A stretch of DNA of 64,000 bases from the human T2T-CHM13v2.0 reference genome, Homo sapiens: assembly GCF_009914755.1 (NCBI RefSeq), contig NC_060939.1; one strand, given 5' to 3'. The notes beneath the pieces were generated by a model. The model was not told where the DNA came from and did not search any database. It saw nothing but the letters and a program-made list of their open reading frames with translations. The position numbers and the translations under genes are program-made. This document shows, one piece after another, positions 12,701 to 27,000 of this stretch (the stretch's first letter is position 1; each line of letters opens with the position of its first letter).

Positions 12701-15700
12701 ATTCCATTGGATTCCATGCTATATCTATAAATTCAATTCGAGACCATTGCTTTTGAGTCCATTCTATATGATTCCATTCCATTCAAGTCCATTACATTTG
12801 GTTCAATTCCATTCCATTCGGTTCAATTCCATTCCATTCCATTCCCTTCCATTCCATTCCAGTTGATATCAATCCATTCGATTCCATTCCATTCGAGCAC
12901 ATTCCATTCGAGTCCATTCCATTCAATGCCATTCCATTTGATTCTATTCCATTAGTCTCCATTCAATTCCATTAATCTCCATTCCATTCCATTCTACTCC
13001 AACTGATTCCATTCCATTCTATTCCTTTCCATTCCATTTCATTCCATTCCATTCCATTCCATTCGTGTCCATTCCACTCCAGTCCATTCCATTCGTATCC
13101 ATTCCATTCCAGTCCATTCCATTTGTGTCCACTGCATTCCATTCCACTCCATTCCATATTATTCCATTACACTCCATTCCATTCTATTACTTTCATTTCC
13201 ATTCAATTCCATTCCATTTGATTCCATTCCACTCGGTTTCATTCCATTTGAGTCCACTCCATTCCATTCCATTCCATTCAGTTCCATTCCATTCTGTTCC
13301 ATTCCATTCCGTTCCATTACATTCCATTCCATTCGGTACCATTCCATATTGTTCCATTCGATTCCATTCGAATCCATTCCATTCCAGTCCATTCCATTCG
13401 ATTCCATTCCATTCATTTCAATTCCATTCCATTACATTCCACTTGATTCCTCTCCATTCCCTTCCACTGCATTCCGTTCGATTCCATTCCATTGCATTGC
13501 ATTGCATTCCATTGGATTGCATTCCATTCGATTCCATTCCATTCGAATCAATTACATAGCAATCCATTACATTCGAGTCTATTCTCTTCCGTTCCATTCG
13601 ATTTCGTTCCAATCCATTCGATTCCATTCCATTCGATTCCATTCCATACTATTGCATTCCATTCGATTACATTATATTCGAATAAGTTCCATTCAAGACC
13701 ATTTCTTTTGAGTCCATTCTATTTGAGTCCATTCCCTTTGATTCCATAACATTTGAGTCCATTCAATTCCATTCCTTTCGTTTCCATTCCATTTGATGCC
13801 ATTCCATTCAATTCTGTTCTACTCGACTCCAATACATTCAATTCCATTCCATCCGATTCCATTACATTCTTTTCATTTCTTATCCATTTCAAGCCATTCC
13901 ACTCCATTCCATTCCACTCGTTTCCTTTCCATTCGAGTCCATTCCTCTCCAGTCCATTCCGTTCAATCCATTCCATTCCAGTCCATTCCATTCGAGTCCG
14001 TTCCATTCCAGTCCATTCCATTCGAGTCAATTCCATTCCATTCGATGTCTTTCCATAACGATCCATTCCATTCTATTCCTTTCGATTCCATTCCATTCTA
14101 TTTCATTCCATTCGATTCCCTTCCATTGGACTCCTTTCCATTCGAGTGCATTCCATTCCGTTCCATTTCTTTCCGTTCTGTACGATTCCTACCGTTCGAT
14201 TTCATTTTGTTCCAGTCCATTCCTTTCGCGTCCATTCCATTCCATTTCACTCCATTCGATTCCATTACACTCGATTCCACTTCGTTCCATTTCATTGCAT
14301 TCCATTCTATTCAACTCTATTGCCTTCCATTCCATTCCATTCGATTACATTCCATGCGATTCCATTCGAAATCGAATCAATTACATTGCAATCCATTACT
14401 ATTGAGTCCGTTTTATTCCAGTCCACTGCATTCTGGTCCATTCCATTTGATTCCATTCCATTCTATTCCATTCCATACAGTTGCATTCCATTGGATTCCA
14501 TGCTATATCTATAAATTCAATTCGAGACCATTGCTTTTGAGTCCATTCTATATGATTCCATTCCATTCAAGTCCATTACATTTGGTTAAATTCCATTCCA
14601 TTCGGTTCAATTCCATTCCATTCCATTCCCTTGCATTCCATTCCAGTTGATATCAATACATTCGATTCCATTCCATTCGAGCACATTCCATTTGATGCCA
14701 TTCCATTTGATTCTATTCCATTAGTCTCCATTCAATTCCATTAATCTCCATTCCATTCCATTCTACTCCAACTGATTCCATTCCATTCTATTCCATTCCA
14801 TTCCATTTCATTCCATTCCATTCCATTTCATTCCATTCCATTCCATTCGTGTCCATTCCACTGCAGTCCATTCCATTCGTGTCCATTCCATTCCAGTCCA
14901 TTCGATTTGTGTCCACTGCATTCAATTCCACTCCATTCCATATTATTCCATTACACTCCATTCCATTCTATTACTTTCATTTCCATTCAATTCCATTCCA
15001 TTTGATTCCATTCCACTCGGTTTCATTCCATTTGAGTCCACTCCATTCCATTCCATTCCATTCCATTCAGTTCCATTCCATTCTGTTCCATTCCATTCCG
15101 TTCCATTACATTCCATTCCATTCGGTACCATTCCATATTGTTCCATTCGATTCCATTCGAATCCATTCCATTCCAGTCCATTCCATTCGATTCCATTCCA
15201 TTCATTTCAATTCCATTCCATTCCATTCCATTACATTCCACTTGATTCCTCTCCATTCCCTTCCACTGCATTCCGTTCGATTCCATTCCATTGCATTGCA
15301 TTCCATTCTATTGGATTGCATTCCATTCGATTCCATTCCATTCGAATCAATTACATAGCAATCCATTACATTCGAGTCTATTCTCTTCCGTTCCATTCGA
15401 TTTCGTTCCAATCCATTCGATTCCATTCCATTCGATTCCATTCCATACTATTGCATTCCATTCGATTACATTATATTCGAATAAGTTCCATTCAAGACCA
15501 TTTCTTTTGAGTCCATTCTATTTGAGTCCATTCCCTTTGATTCCATAACATTTGAGTCCATTCAATTCCATTCCTTTCGTTTCCATTCCATTTGATGCCA
15601 TTCCATTCAATTCTGTTCTACTCGACTCCAATACATTCAATTCCATTCCATCCGATTCCATTACATTCTTTTCATTTCTTATCCATTTCAAGCCATTCCA

Positions 15701-18003
15701 CTCCATTCCATTCCACTCGTTTCCTTTCCATTCGAGTCCATTCCTCTCCAGTCCATTCCGTTCAATCCATTCCATTCCAGTCCATTCCATTCGAGTCCGT
15801 TCCATTCCAGTCCATTCCATTCGAGTCAATTCCATTCCATTCGATGTCTTTCCATAACGATCCATTCCATTCTATTCCTTTCGATTCCATTCCATTCTAT
15901 TTCATTCCATTCGATTCCCTTCCATTGGACTCCTTTCCATTCGAGTGCATTCCATTCCATTCCATTTCTTTCCGTTCTGTACGATTCCTACCGTTCGATT
16001 TCATTTTGTTCCAGTCCATTCTTTCGCGTCCATTCCATTCCATTTCACTCCATTCGATTCCATTACACTCGATTCCACTTCGTTCCATTTCATTGCATTC
16101 CATTCTATTCAACTCTATTGCCTTCCATTCCATTCCATTCGATTACATTCCATGCGATTCCATTCGAAATCGAATCAATTACATTGCAATCCATTACTAT
16201 TGAGTCCGTTTTATTCCAGTCCACTGCATTCTGGTCCATTCCATTTGATTCCATTCCATTCTATTCCATTCCATACAGTTGCATTCCATTGGATTCCATG
16301 CTATATCTATAAACTCAATTCGAGACCATTGCTTTTGAGTCCATTCTATATGATTCCATTCCATTCAAGTCCATTACATTTGGTTAAATTCCATTCCATT
16401 CGGTTCAATTCCATTCCATTCCATTCCCTTCCATTCCATTCCAGTTGATATCAATCCATTCGATTCCATTCCATTCGAGCACATTCCATTCGAGTCCATT
16501 CCATTCGATGCCATTCCATTTGATTCTATTCCATTAGTCTCCATTCAATTCCATTAATCTCCATTCCATTCCATTCTACTCCAACTGATTCCATTCCATT
16601 CTATTCCTTTCCATTCCATTTCATTCCATTCCATTCCATTCCATTCCATTCCATTCCATTCGAGTCCATTCCACTCCAGTCCATTCCATTCGTATCCATT
16701 CCATTCCAGTCCATTCCATTTGTGTCCACTGCATTCCATTCCACTCCATTCCATATTATTCCATTACACTCCATTCCATTCTATTACATCCAATTCCATT
16801 CAATTCCATTCCATTTGATTCCATTCCACTCGGTTTCATTCCATTTGAGTCCACTCCATTCCATTGCATTCCATTCAGTTCCATTCCATTCTGTTCCATT
16901 CCATTCCGTTCCATTACATTCCATTCCATTCGGTACCATTCCATATTGTTCCATTCGATTCCATTCGAATCCATTGCATTCCAGTCCATTCCATTCGATT
17001 CCATTCCATTCATTTCAATTCCATTCCATTCCATTCCATTACATTCCACTTGATTCCTCTCCATTCCCTTCCACTGCATTCCGTTCGATTCCATTCCATT
17101 GCATTGCATTCCATTCCATTGGATTGCATTCCATTCGATTCCATTCCATTCGAATCAATTACATAGCAATCCATTACATTCGAGTCTATTCTCTTCCGTT
17201 CCATTCGATTTCGTTCCAATCCATTCGATTCCATTCCATTCGATTCCATTCCATACTATTGCATTCCATTCGATTACATTATATTCGAATAAGTTCCATT
17301 CAAGACCATTTCTTTTGAGTCCATTCTATTTGAGTCCATTCCCTTTGATTCCATAACATTTGAGTCCATTCAATTCCATTCCTTTCGTTTCCATTCCATT
17401 TGATGCCATTCCATTCAATTCTGTTCTACTCGACTCCAATACATTCAATTCCATTCCATCCGATTCCATTACATTCTTTTCATTTCTTATCCATTTCAAG
17501 CCATTCCACTCCATTCCATTCCACTCGTTTCCTTTCCATTCGAGTCCATTCCTCTCCAGTCCATTCCGTTCAATCCATTCCATTCCAGTCCATTCCATTC
17601 GAGTCCGTTCCATTCCAGTCCATTCCATTCGAGTCAATTCCATTCCATTCGATGTCTTTCCATAACGATCCATTCCATTCTATTCCTTTCGATTCCATTC
17701 CATTCTATTTCATTCCATTCGATTCCCTTCCATTGGACTCCTTTCCATTCGAGTGCATTCCATTCCGTTCCATTTCTTTTCGTTCTGTACGATTCGTACC
17801 GTTCGATTTCATTTTGTTCCAGTCCATTCCTTTCGCGTCCATTCCATTCCATTTCACTCCATTCGATTCCATTCCACTCGATTCCACTTCGTTCCATTTC
17901 ATTGCATTCCATTCTATTCAACTCTATTGCCTTCCATTCCATTCCATTCGATTACATTCCATGCGATTCCATTCGAAATCGAATCAATTACATTGCAATC
18001 CAT

Positions 18004-21000
18004 TACTATTGAGTCCGTTTTATTCCAGTCCACTGCATTGTGGTCCATTCCATTTGATTCCATTCCATTCTATTCCATTCCATACAGTTGCATTCCATTG
18101 GATTCCATGCTATATCTATAAATTCAATTCGAGACCATTGCTTTTGAGTCCATTCTATATGATTCCATTCCATTTAAGTCCATTACATTTGGTTAAATTC
18201 CATTCCATTCGGTTCAATTCCATTCCATTCCATTCCCTTCCATTCCATTCCAGTTGATATCAATCCATTCGATTCCATTCCATTCGAGCACATTCCATTC
18301 GAGTCCATTCCATTCGATGCCATTCCATTTGATTCTATTCCATTAGTCTCCATTCAATTCCATTAATCTCCATTCCATTCCATTCTACTCCAACTGATTC
18401 CATTCCATTCTATTCCTTTCCATTTCATTTCATTCCATTCCATTCCATTCCATTCCATTCCATTCCATTCGTGTCCATTCCACTCCAGTCCATTCCATTC
18501 GTATCCATTCCATTCCAGTCCATTCCATTTGTGTCCACTGCATTCCATTCCACTCCATTCCATATTATTCCATTACACTCCATTCCATTCTATTACTTTC
18601 ATATCCATTCAATTCCATTCCATTTGATTCCATTCCACTCGGTTTCATTCCATTTGAGTCCACTCCAATCCATTCCATTCCATTCAGTTCCATTCCATTC
18701 TGTTCCATTCCATTCCGTTCCATTACATTCCATTCCATTCGGTACCATTCCATATTGTTCCATTCGATTCCATTCGAATCCATTCCATTCCAGTCCATTC
18801 CATTCGATTCCATTCCATTCATTTCAATTCCATTCCATTCCATTCCATTACATTCCACTTGATTCCTCTCCATTCCCTTCCACTGCATTCCGTTCGATTC
18901 CATTCCATTGCATTGCATTCCATTCCATTGGATTGCATTCCATTCGATTCCATTCCATTCGAATCAATTACATAGCAATCCATTACATTCGAGTCTATTC
19001 TCTTCCGTTCCATTCGATTTCGTTCCAATCCATTCGATTCCATTCCATTCGATTCCATTCCATACTATTGCATTCCATTCTATTACATTATATTCGAATA
19101 AGTTCCATTCAAGACCATTTCTTTTGAGTCCATTCTATTTGAGTCCATTCCCTTTGATTCCATAACATTTGAGTCCATTCAATTCCATTCCTTTCGTTTC
19201 CATTCCATTTGATGCCATTCCATTCAATTCTGTTCTACTCGACTCCAATACATTCAATTCCATTCCATCCGATTCCATTACATTCTTTTCATTTCTTATC
19301 CATTTCAAGCCATTCCACTCCATTCCATTCCACTCGTTTCCTTTCCATTCGAGTCCATTCCTCTCCAGTCCATTCCGTTCAATCCATTCCATTCCAGTCC
19401 ATTCCATTCGAGTCCGTTCCATTCCAGTCCATTCCATTCGAGTCAATTCCATTCCATTCGATGTCTTTCCATAACGATCCATTCCATCCTATTCCTTTCG
19501 ATTCCATTCCATTCTATTTCATTCCATTCGATTCCCTTCCATTGGACTCCTTTCCATTCGAGTGCATTCCATTCCGTTCCATTTCTTTCCGTTCTGTACG
19601 ATTCCTACCGTTCGATTTCATTTTGTTCCAGTCCATTCCTTTCGCGTCCATTCCATTCCATTTCACTCCATTCGATTCCATTCCACTCGATTCCACTTCG
19701 TTCCATTTCATTGCATTCCATTCTATTCAACTCTATTGCCTTCCATTCCATTCCATTCGATTACATTCCATGCGATTCCATTCGAAATCGAATCAATTAC
19801 ATTGCAATCCATTACTATTGAGTCCCTTTTATTCCAGTCCACTGCATTCTGGTCCATTCCATTTGATTCCATTCCATTCTATTCCATTCCATACAGTTGC
19901 ATTCCATTGGATTCCATGCTATATCTATAAATTCAATTCGAGACCATTGCTTTTGAGTCCATTCTATATGATTCCATTCCATTCAAGTCCATTACATTTG
20001 GTTAAATTCCATTCCATTCGGTTCAATTCCATTCCATTCCATTCCCTTGCATTCCATTCCAGTTGATATCAATCCATTCGATTCCATTCCATTCGAGCAC
20101 ATTCCATTCGATGCCATTCCATTTGATTCTATTCCATTAGTCTCCATTCAATTCCATTAATCTCCATTCCATTCCATTCTACTCCAACTGATTCCATTCC
20201 ATTCTATTCCATTCCATTCCATTTCATTCCATTCCATTCCATTTCATTCCATTCCATTCCATTCGTGTCCATTCCACTGCAGTCCATTCCATTCGTGTCC
20301 ATTCCATTCCAGTCCATTCGATTTGTGTCCACTGCATTCAATTCCACTCCATTCCATATTATTCCATTACACTCCATTCCATTCTATTACTTTCATTTCC
20401 ATTCAATTCCATTCCATTTGATTCCATTCCACTCGGTTTCATTCCATTTGAGTCCACTCCATTCCATTCCATTCCATTCCATTCAGTTCCATTCCATTCT
20501 GTTCCATTCCATTCCGTTCCATTACATTCCATTCCATTCGGTACCATTCCATATTGTTCCATTCGATTCCATTCGAATCCATTCCATTCCAGTCCATTCC
20601 ATTCGATTCCATTCCATTCATTTCAATTCCATTCCATTCCATTCCATTACATTCCACTTGATTCCTCTCCATTCCCTTCCACTGCATTCCGTTCGATTCC
20701 ATTCCATTGCATTGCATTCCATTCCATTGGATTGCATTCCATTCGATTCCATTCCATTCGAATCAATTACATAGCAATCCATTACATTCGAGTCTATTCT
20801 CTTCCGTTCCATTCGATTTCGTTCCAATCCATTCGATTCCATTCCATTCGATTCCATTCCATACTATTGCATTCCATTCGATTACATTATATTCGAATAA
20901 GTTCCATTCAAGACCATTTCTTTTGAGTCCATTCTATTTGAGTCCATTCCCTTTGATTCCATAACATTTGAGTCCATTCAATTCCATTCCTTTCGTTTCC

Positions 21001-24000
21001 ATTCCATTTGATGCCATTCCATTCAATTCTGTTCTACTCGACTCCAATACATTCAATTCCATTCCATCCGATTCATTACATTCTTTTCATTTCTTATCCA
21101 TTTCAAGCCATTCCACTCCATTCCATTCCACTCGTTTCCTTTCCATTCGAGTCCATTCCTCTCCAGTCCATTCCGTTCAATCCATTCCATTCCAGTCCAT
21201 TCCATTCGAGTCCGTTCCATTCCAGTCCATTCCATTCGAGTCAATTCCATTCCATTCGATGTCTTTCCATAACGATCCATTCCATTCTATTCCTTTCGAT
21301 TCCATTCCATTCTATTTCATTCCATTCGATTCCCTTCCATTGGACTCCTTTCCATTCGAGTGCATTCCATTCCGTTCCATTTCTTTCCGTTCTGTACGAT
21401 TCCTACCGTTTGATTTCATTTTGTTCCAGTCCATTCTTTTGCGTCCATTCCATTCCATTTCACTCCATTCGATTCCATTCCACTCGATTCCACTTCGTTC
21501 CATTTCATTGCATTCCATTCTATTCAACTCTATTGCCTTCCATTCCATTCCATTCGATTACATTCCATGCGATTCCATTCGAAATCGAATCAATTACATT
21601 GCAATCCATTACTATTGAGTCCGTTTTATTCCAGTCCACTGCATTCTGGTCCATTCCATTTGATTCCATTCCATTCTATTCCATTCCATACAGTTGCATT
21701 CCATTGGATTCCATGCTATATCTATAAATTCAATTCGAGACCATTGCTTTTGAGTCCATTCTATATGATTCCATTCCATTCAAGTCCATTACATTTGGTT
21801 AAATTCCATTCCATTCGGTTCAATTCCATTCCATTCCATTCCCTTCCATTCCATTCCAGTTGATATCAATCCATTCGATTCCATTCCATTCGAGCACATT
21901 CCATTCGAGTCCATTCCATTCGATGCCATTCCATTTGATTCTATTCCATTAGTCTCCATTCAATTCCATTAATCTCCATTCCATTCCATTCTACTCCAAC
22001 TGATTCCATTCCATTCCATTCCTTTCCATTCCATTTCATTCCATTCCATTCCATTCCATTCCATTCCATTCCATTCGTGTCCATTCCACTCCAGTCCATT
22101 CCATTCGTATCCATTCCATTCCAGTCCATTCCATTTGTGTCCACTGCATTCCATTCCACTCCATTCCATATTATTCCATTACACTCCATTCCATTCTATT
22201 ACTTTCATTTCCATTCAATTCCATTCCATTTGATTCCATTCCACTCGGTTTCATTCCATTTGAGTCCACTCCATTCCATTCCATTCCATTCAGTTCCATT
22301 CCATTCTGTTCCATTCCATTCCGTTCCATTACATTCCATTCCATTCGGTACCATTCCATATTGTTCCATTCGATTCCATTCGAATCCATTCCATTGCAGT
22401 CCATTCCATTCGATTCCATTCCATTCATTTCAATTCCATTCCATTCCATTCCATTACATTCCACTTGATTCCTCTCCATTCCCTTCCACTGCATTCCGTT
22501 CGATTCCATTCCATTGCATTGCATTCCATTCCATTGGATTGCATTCCATTCGATTCCATTCCATTCGAATCAATTACATAGCAATCCATTACATTCGAGT
22601 CTATTCTCTTCCGTTCCATTCGATTTCGTTCCAATCCATTCGATTCCATTCCATTCGATTCCATTCCATACTATTGCATTCCATTCGATTACATTATATT
22701 CGAATAAGTTCCATTCAAGACCATTTCTTTTGAGTCCATTCTATTTGAGTCCATTCCCTTTGATTCCATAACATTTGAGTCCATTCAATTCCATTCCTTT
22801 CGTTTCCATTCCATTTGATGCCATTCCATTCAATTCTGTTCTACTCGACTCCAATACATTCAATTCCATTCCATCCGATTCCATTACATTCTTTTCATTT
22901 CTTATCCATTTCAAGCCATTCCACTCCATTCCATTCCACTCGTTTCCTTTCCATTCGAGTCCATTCCTCTCCAGTCCATTCCGTTCAATCCATTCCATTC
23001 CAGTCCATTCCATTCGAGTCCGTTCCATTCCAGTCCATTCCATTCGAGTCAATTCCATTCCATTCGATGTCTTTCCATAACGATCCATTCCATTCTATTC
23101 CTTTCGATTCCATTCCATTCTATTTCATTCCATTCGATTCCCTTCCATTGGACTCCTTTCCATTCGAGTGCATTCCATTCCGTTCCATTTCTTTCCGTTC
23201 TGTACGATTCCTACCGTTCGATTTCATTTTGTTCCAGTCCATTCTTTCGCGTCCATTCCATTCCATTTCACTCCATTCGATTCCATTCCACTCGATTCCA
23301 CTTCGTTCCATTTCATTGCATTCCATTCTATTCAACTCTATTGCCTTCCATTCCATTCCATTCGATTACATTCCATGCGATTCCATTCGAAATCGAATCA
23401 ATTACATTGCAATCCATTACTATTGAGTCCGTTTTATTCCAGTCCACTGCATTCTGGTCCATTCCATTTGATTCCATTCCATTCTATTCCATTCCATAGA
23501 GTTGCATTCCATTGGATTCCATGCTATATCTATAAACTCAATTCGAGACCATTGCTTTTGAGTCCATTCTATATGATTCCATTCCATTCAAGTCCATTAC
23601 ATTTGGTTAAATTCCATTCCATTCGGTTCAATTCCATTCCATTCCATTCCCTTCCATTCCATTCCAGTTGATATCAGTCCATTCGATTCCATTCCATTCG
23701 AGCACATTCCATTCGAGTCCATTCCATTCGATGCCATTCCATTTGATTCTATTCCATTAGTCTCCATTCAATTCCATTAATCTCCATTCCATTCCATTCT
23801 ACTCCAAATGATTCCATTCCATTCTATTCCTTTCCATTCCATTTCATTCCATTCCATTCCATTCCATTCCATTCCATTCGTGTCCATTCCACTCCAGTCC
23901 ATTCCATTCGTATCCATTCCATTCCAGTCCATTCCATTTGTGTCCACTGCATTCCATTCCACTCCATTCCATATTATTCCATTACACTCCATTCCATTCT

Positions 24001-27000
24001 ATTACTTTCATTTCCATTCAATTCCATTCCATTTGATTCCATTCCACTCGGTTTCATTCCATTTGAGTCCACTCCATTCCATTCCATTCCATTCAGTTCC
24101 ATTCCATTCTGTTCCATTCCATTCCGTTCCATTACATTCCATTCCATTCGGTACCATTCCATATTGTTCCATTCGATTCCATTCGAATCCATTGCATTCC
24201 AGTCCATTCCATTCGATTCCATTCCATTCATTTCAATTCCATTCCATTCCATTCCATTACATTCCACTTGATTCCTCTCCATTCCCTTCCACTGCATTCC
24301 GTTCGATTCCATTCCATTGCATTGCATTCCATTCCATTGGATTGCATTCCATTCGATTCCATTCCATTCGAATCAATTACATAGCAATCCATTACATTCG
24401 AGTCTATTCTCTTCCGTTCCATTCGATTTCGTTCCAATCCATTCGATTCCATTCCATTCGATTCCATTCCATACTATTGCATTCCATTCGATTACATTAT
24501 ATTCGAATAAGTTCCATTCAAGACCATTTCTTTTGAGTCCATTCTATTTGAGTCCATTCCCTTTGATTCCATAACATTTGAGTCCATTCAATTCCATTCC
24601 TTTCGTTTCCATTCCATTTGATGCCATTCCATTCAATTCTGTTCTACTCGACTCCAATACATTCAATTCCATTCCATCCGATTCCATTACATTCTTTTCA
24701 TTTCTTATCCATTTCAAGCCATTCCACTCCATTCCATTCCACTCGTTTCCTTTCCATTCGAGTCCATTCCTCTCCAGTCCATTCCGTTCAATCCATTCCA
24801 TTCCAGTCCATTCCATTCGAGTCCGTTCCATTCCAGTCCATTCCATTCGAGTCAATTCCATTCCATTCGATGTCTTTCCATAACGATCCATTCCATTCTA
24901 TTCCTTTCGATTCCATTCCATTCTATTTCATTCCATTCGATTCCCTTCCATTGGACTCCTTTCCATTCGAGTGCATTCCATTCCGTTCCATTTCTTTTCG
25001 TTCTGTACGATTCGTACCGTTCGATTTCATTTTGTTCCAGTCCATTCCTTTCGCGTCCATTCCATTCCATTTCACTCCATTCGATTCCATTCCACTCGAT
25101 TCCACTTCGTTCCATTTCATTGCATTCCATTCTATTCAACTCTATTGCCTTCCATTCCATTCCATTCGATTACATTCCATGCGATTCCATTCGAAATCGA
25201 ATCAATTACATTGCAATCCATTACTATTGAGTCCGTTTTATTCCAGTCCACTGCATTGTGGTCCATTCCATTTGATTCCATTCCATTCTATTCCATTCCA
25301 TACAGTTGCATTCCATTGGATTCCATGCTATATCTATAAATTCAATTCGAGACCATTGCTTTTGAGTCCATTCTATATGATTCCATTCCATTCAAGTCCA
25401 TTACATTTGGTTAAATTCCATTCCATTCGGTTCAATTCCATTCCATTCCATTCCCTTCCATTCCATTCCAGTTGATATCAATCCATTCGATTCCATTCCA
25501 TTCGAGCACATTCCATTCGAGTCCATTCCATTCGATGCCATTCCATTTGATTCTATTCCATTAGTCTCCATTCAATTCCATTAATCTCCATTCCATTCCA
25601 TTCTACTCCAACTGATTCCATTCCATTCTATTCCTTTCCATTCCATTTCATTCCATTCCATTCCATTCCATTCCATTCCATTCCATTCCATTCGTGTCCA
25701 TTCCACTCCAGTCCATTCCATTCGTATCCATTCCATTCCAGTCCATTCCATTTGTGTCCACTGCATTCCATTCCACTCCATTCCATATTATTCCATTACA
25801 CTCCATTCCATTCTATTACTTTCATATCCACTCAATTCCATTCCATTTGATTCCATTCCACTCGGTTTCATTCCATTTGAGTCCACTCCATTCCATTCCA
25901 TTCCATTCAGTTCCATTCCATTCTGTTCCATTCCATTCCGTTCCATTACATTCCATTCCATTCGGTACCATTCCATATTGTTCCATTCGATTCCATTCGA
26001 ATCCATTCCATTCCAGTCCATTCCATTCGATTCCATTCCATTCATTTCAATTCCATTCCATTCCATTCCATTACATTCCACTTGATTCCTCTCCATTCCC
26101 TTCCACTGCATTCCGTTCGATTCCATTCCATTGCATTGCATTCCATTCCATTGGATTGCATTCCATTCGATTCCATTCCATTCGAATCAATTACATAGCA
26201 ATCCATTACATTCGAGTCTATTCTCTTCCGTTCCATTCGATTTCGTTCCAATCCATTCGATTCCATTCCATTCGATTCCATTCCATACTATTGCATTCCA
26301 TTCGATTACATTATATTCGAATAAGTTCCATTCAAGACCATTTCTTTTGAGTCCATTCTATTTGAGTCCATTCCCTTTGATTCCATAACATTTGAGTCCA
26401 TTCAATTCCATTCCTTTCGTTTCCATTCCATTTGATGCCATTCCATTCAATTCTGTTCTACTCGACTCCAATACATTCAATTCCATTCCATCCGATTCCA
26501 TTACATTCTTTTCATTTCTTATCCATTTCAAGCCATTCCACTCCATTCCATTCCACTCTTTTCCTTTCCATTCGAGTCCATTCCTCTCCAGTCCATTCCG
26601 TTCAATCCATTCCATTCCAGTCCATTCCATTCGAGTCCGTTCCATTCCAGTCCATTCCATTCGAGTCAATTCCATTCCATTCGATGTCTTTCCATAACGA
26701 TCCATTCCATTCTATTCCTTTCGATTCCATTCCATTCTATTTCATTCCATTCGATTCCCTTCCATTGGACTCCTTTCCATTCGACTGCATTCCATTCCGT
26801 TCCATTTCTTTCCGTTCTGTACGATTCCTACCGTTCGATTTCATTTTGTTCCAGTCCATTCCTTTCGCGTCCATTCCATTCCATTTCACTCCATTCGATT
26901 CCATTCCACTCGATTCCACTTCGTTCCATTTCATTGCATTCCATTCTATTCAACTCTATTGCCTTCCATTCCATTCCATTCGATTACATTCCATGCGATT

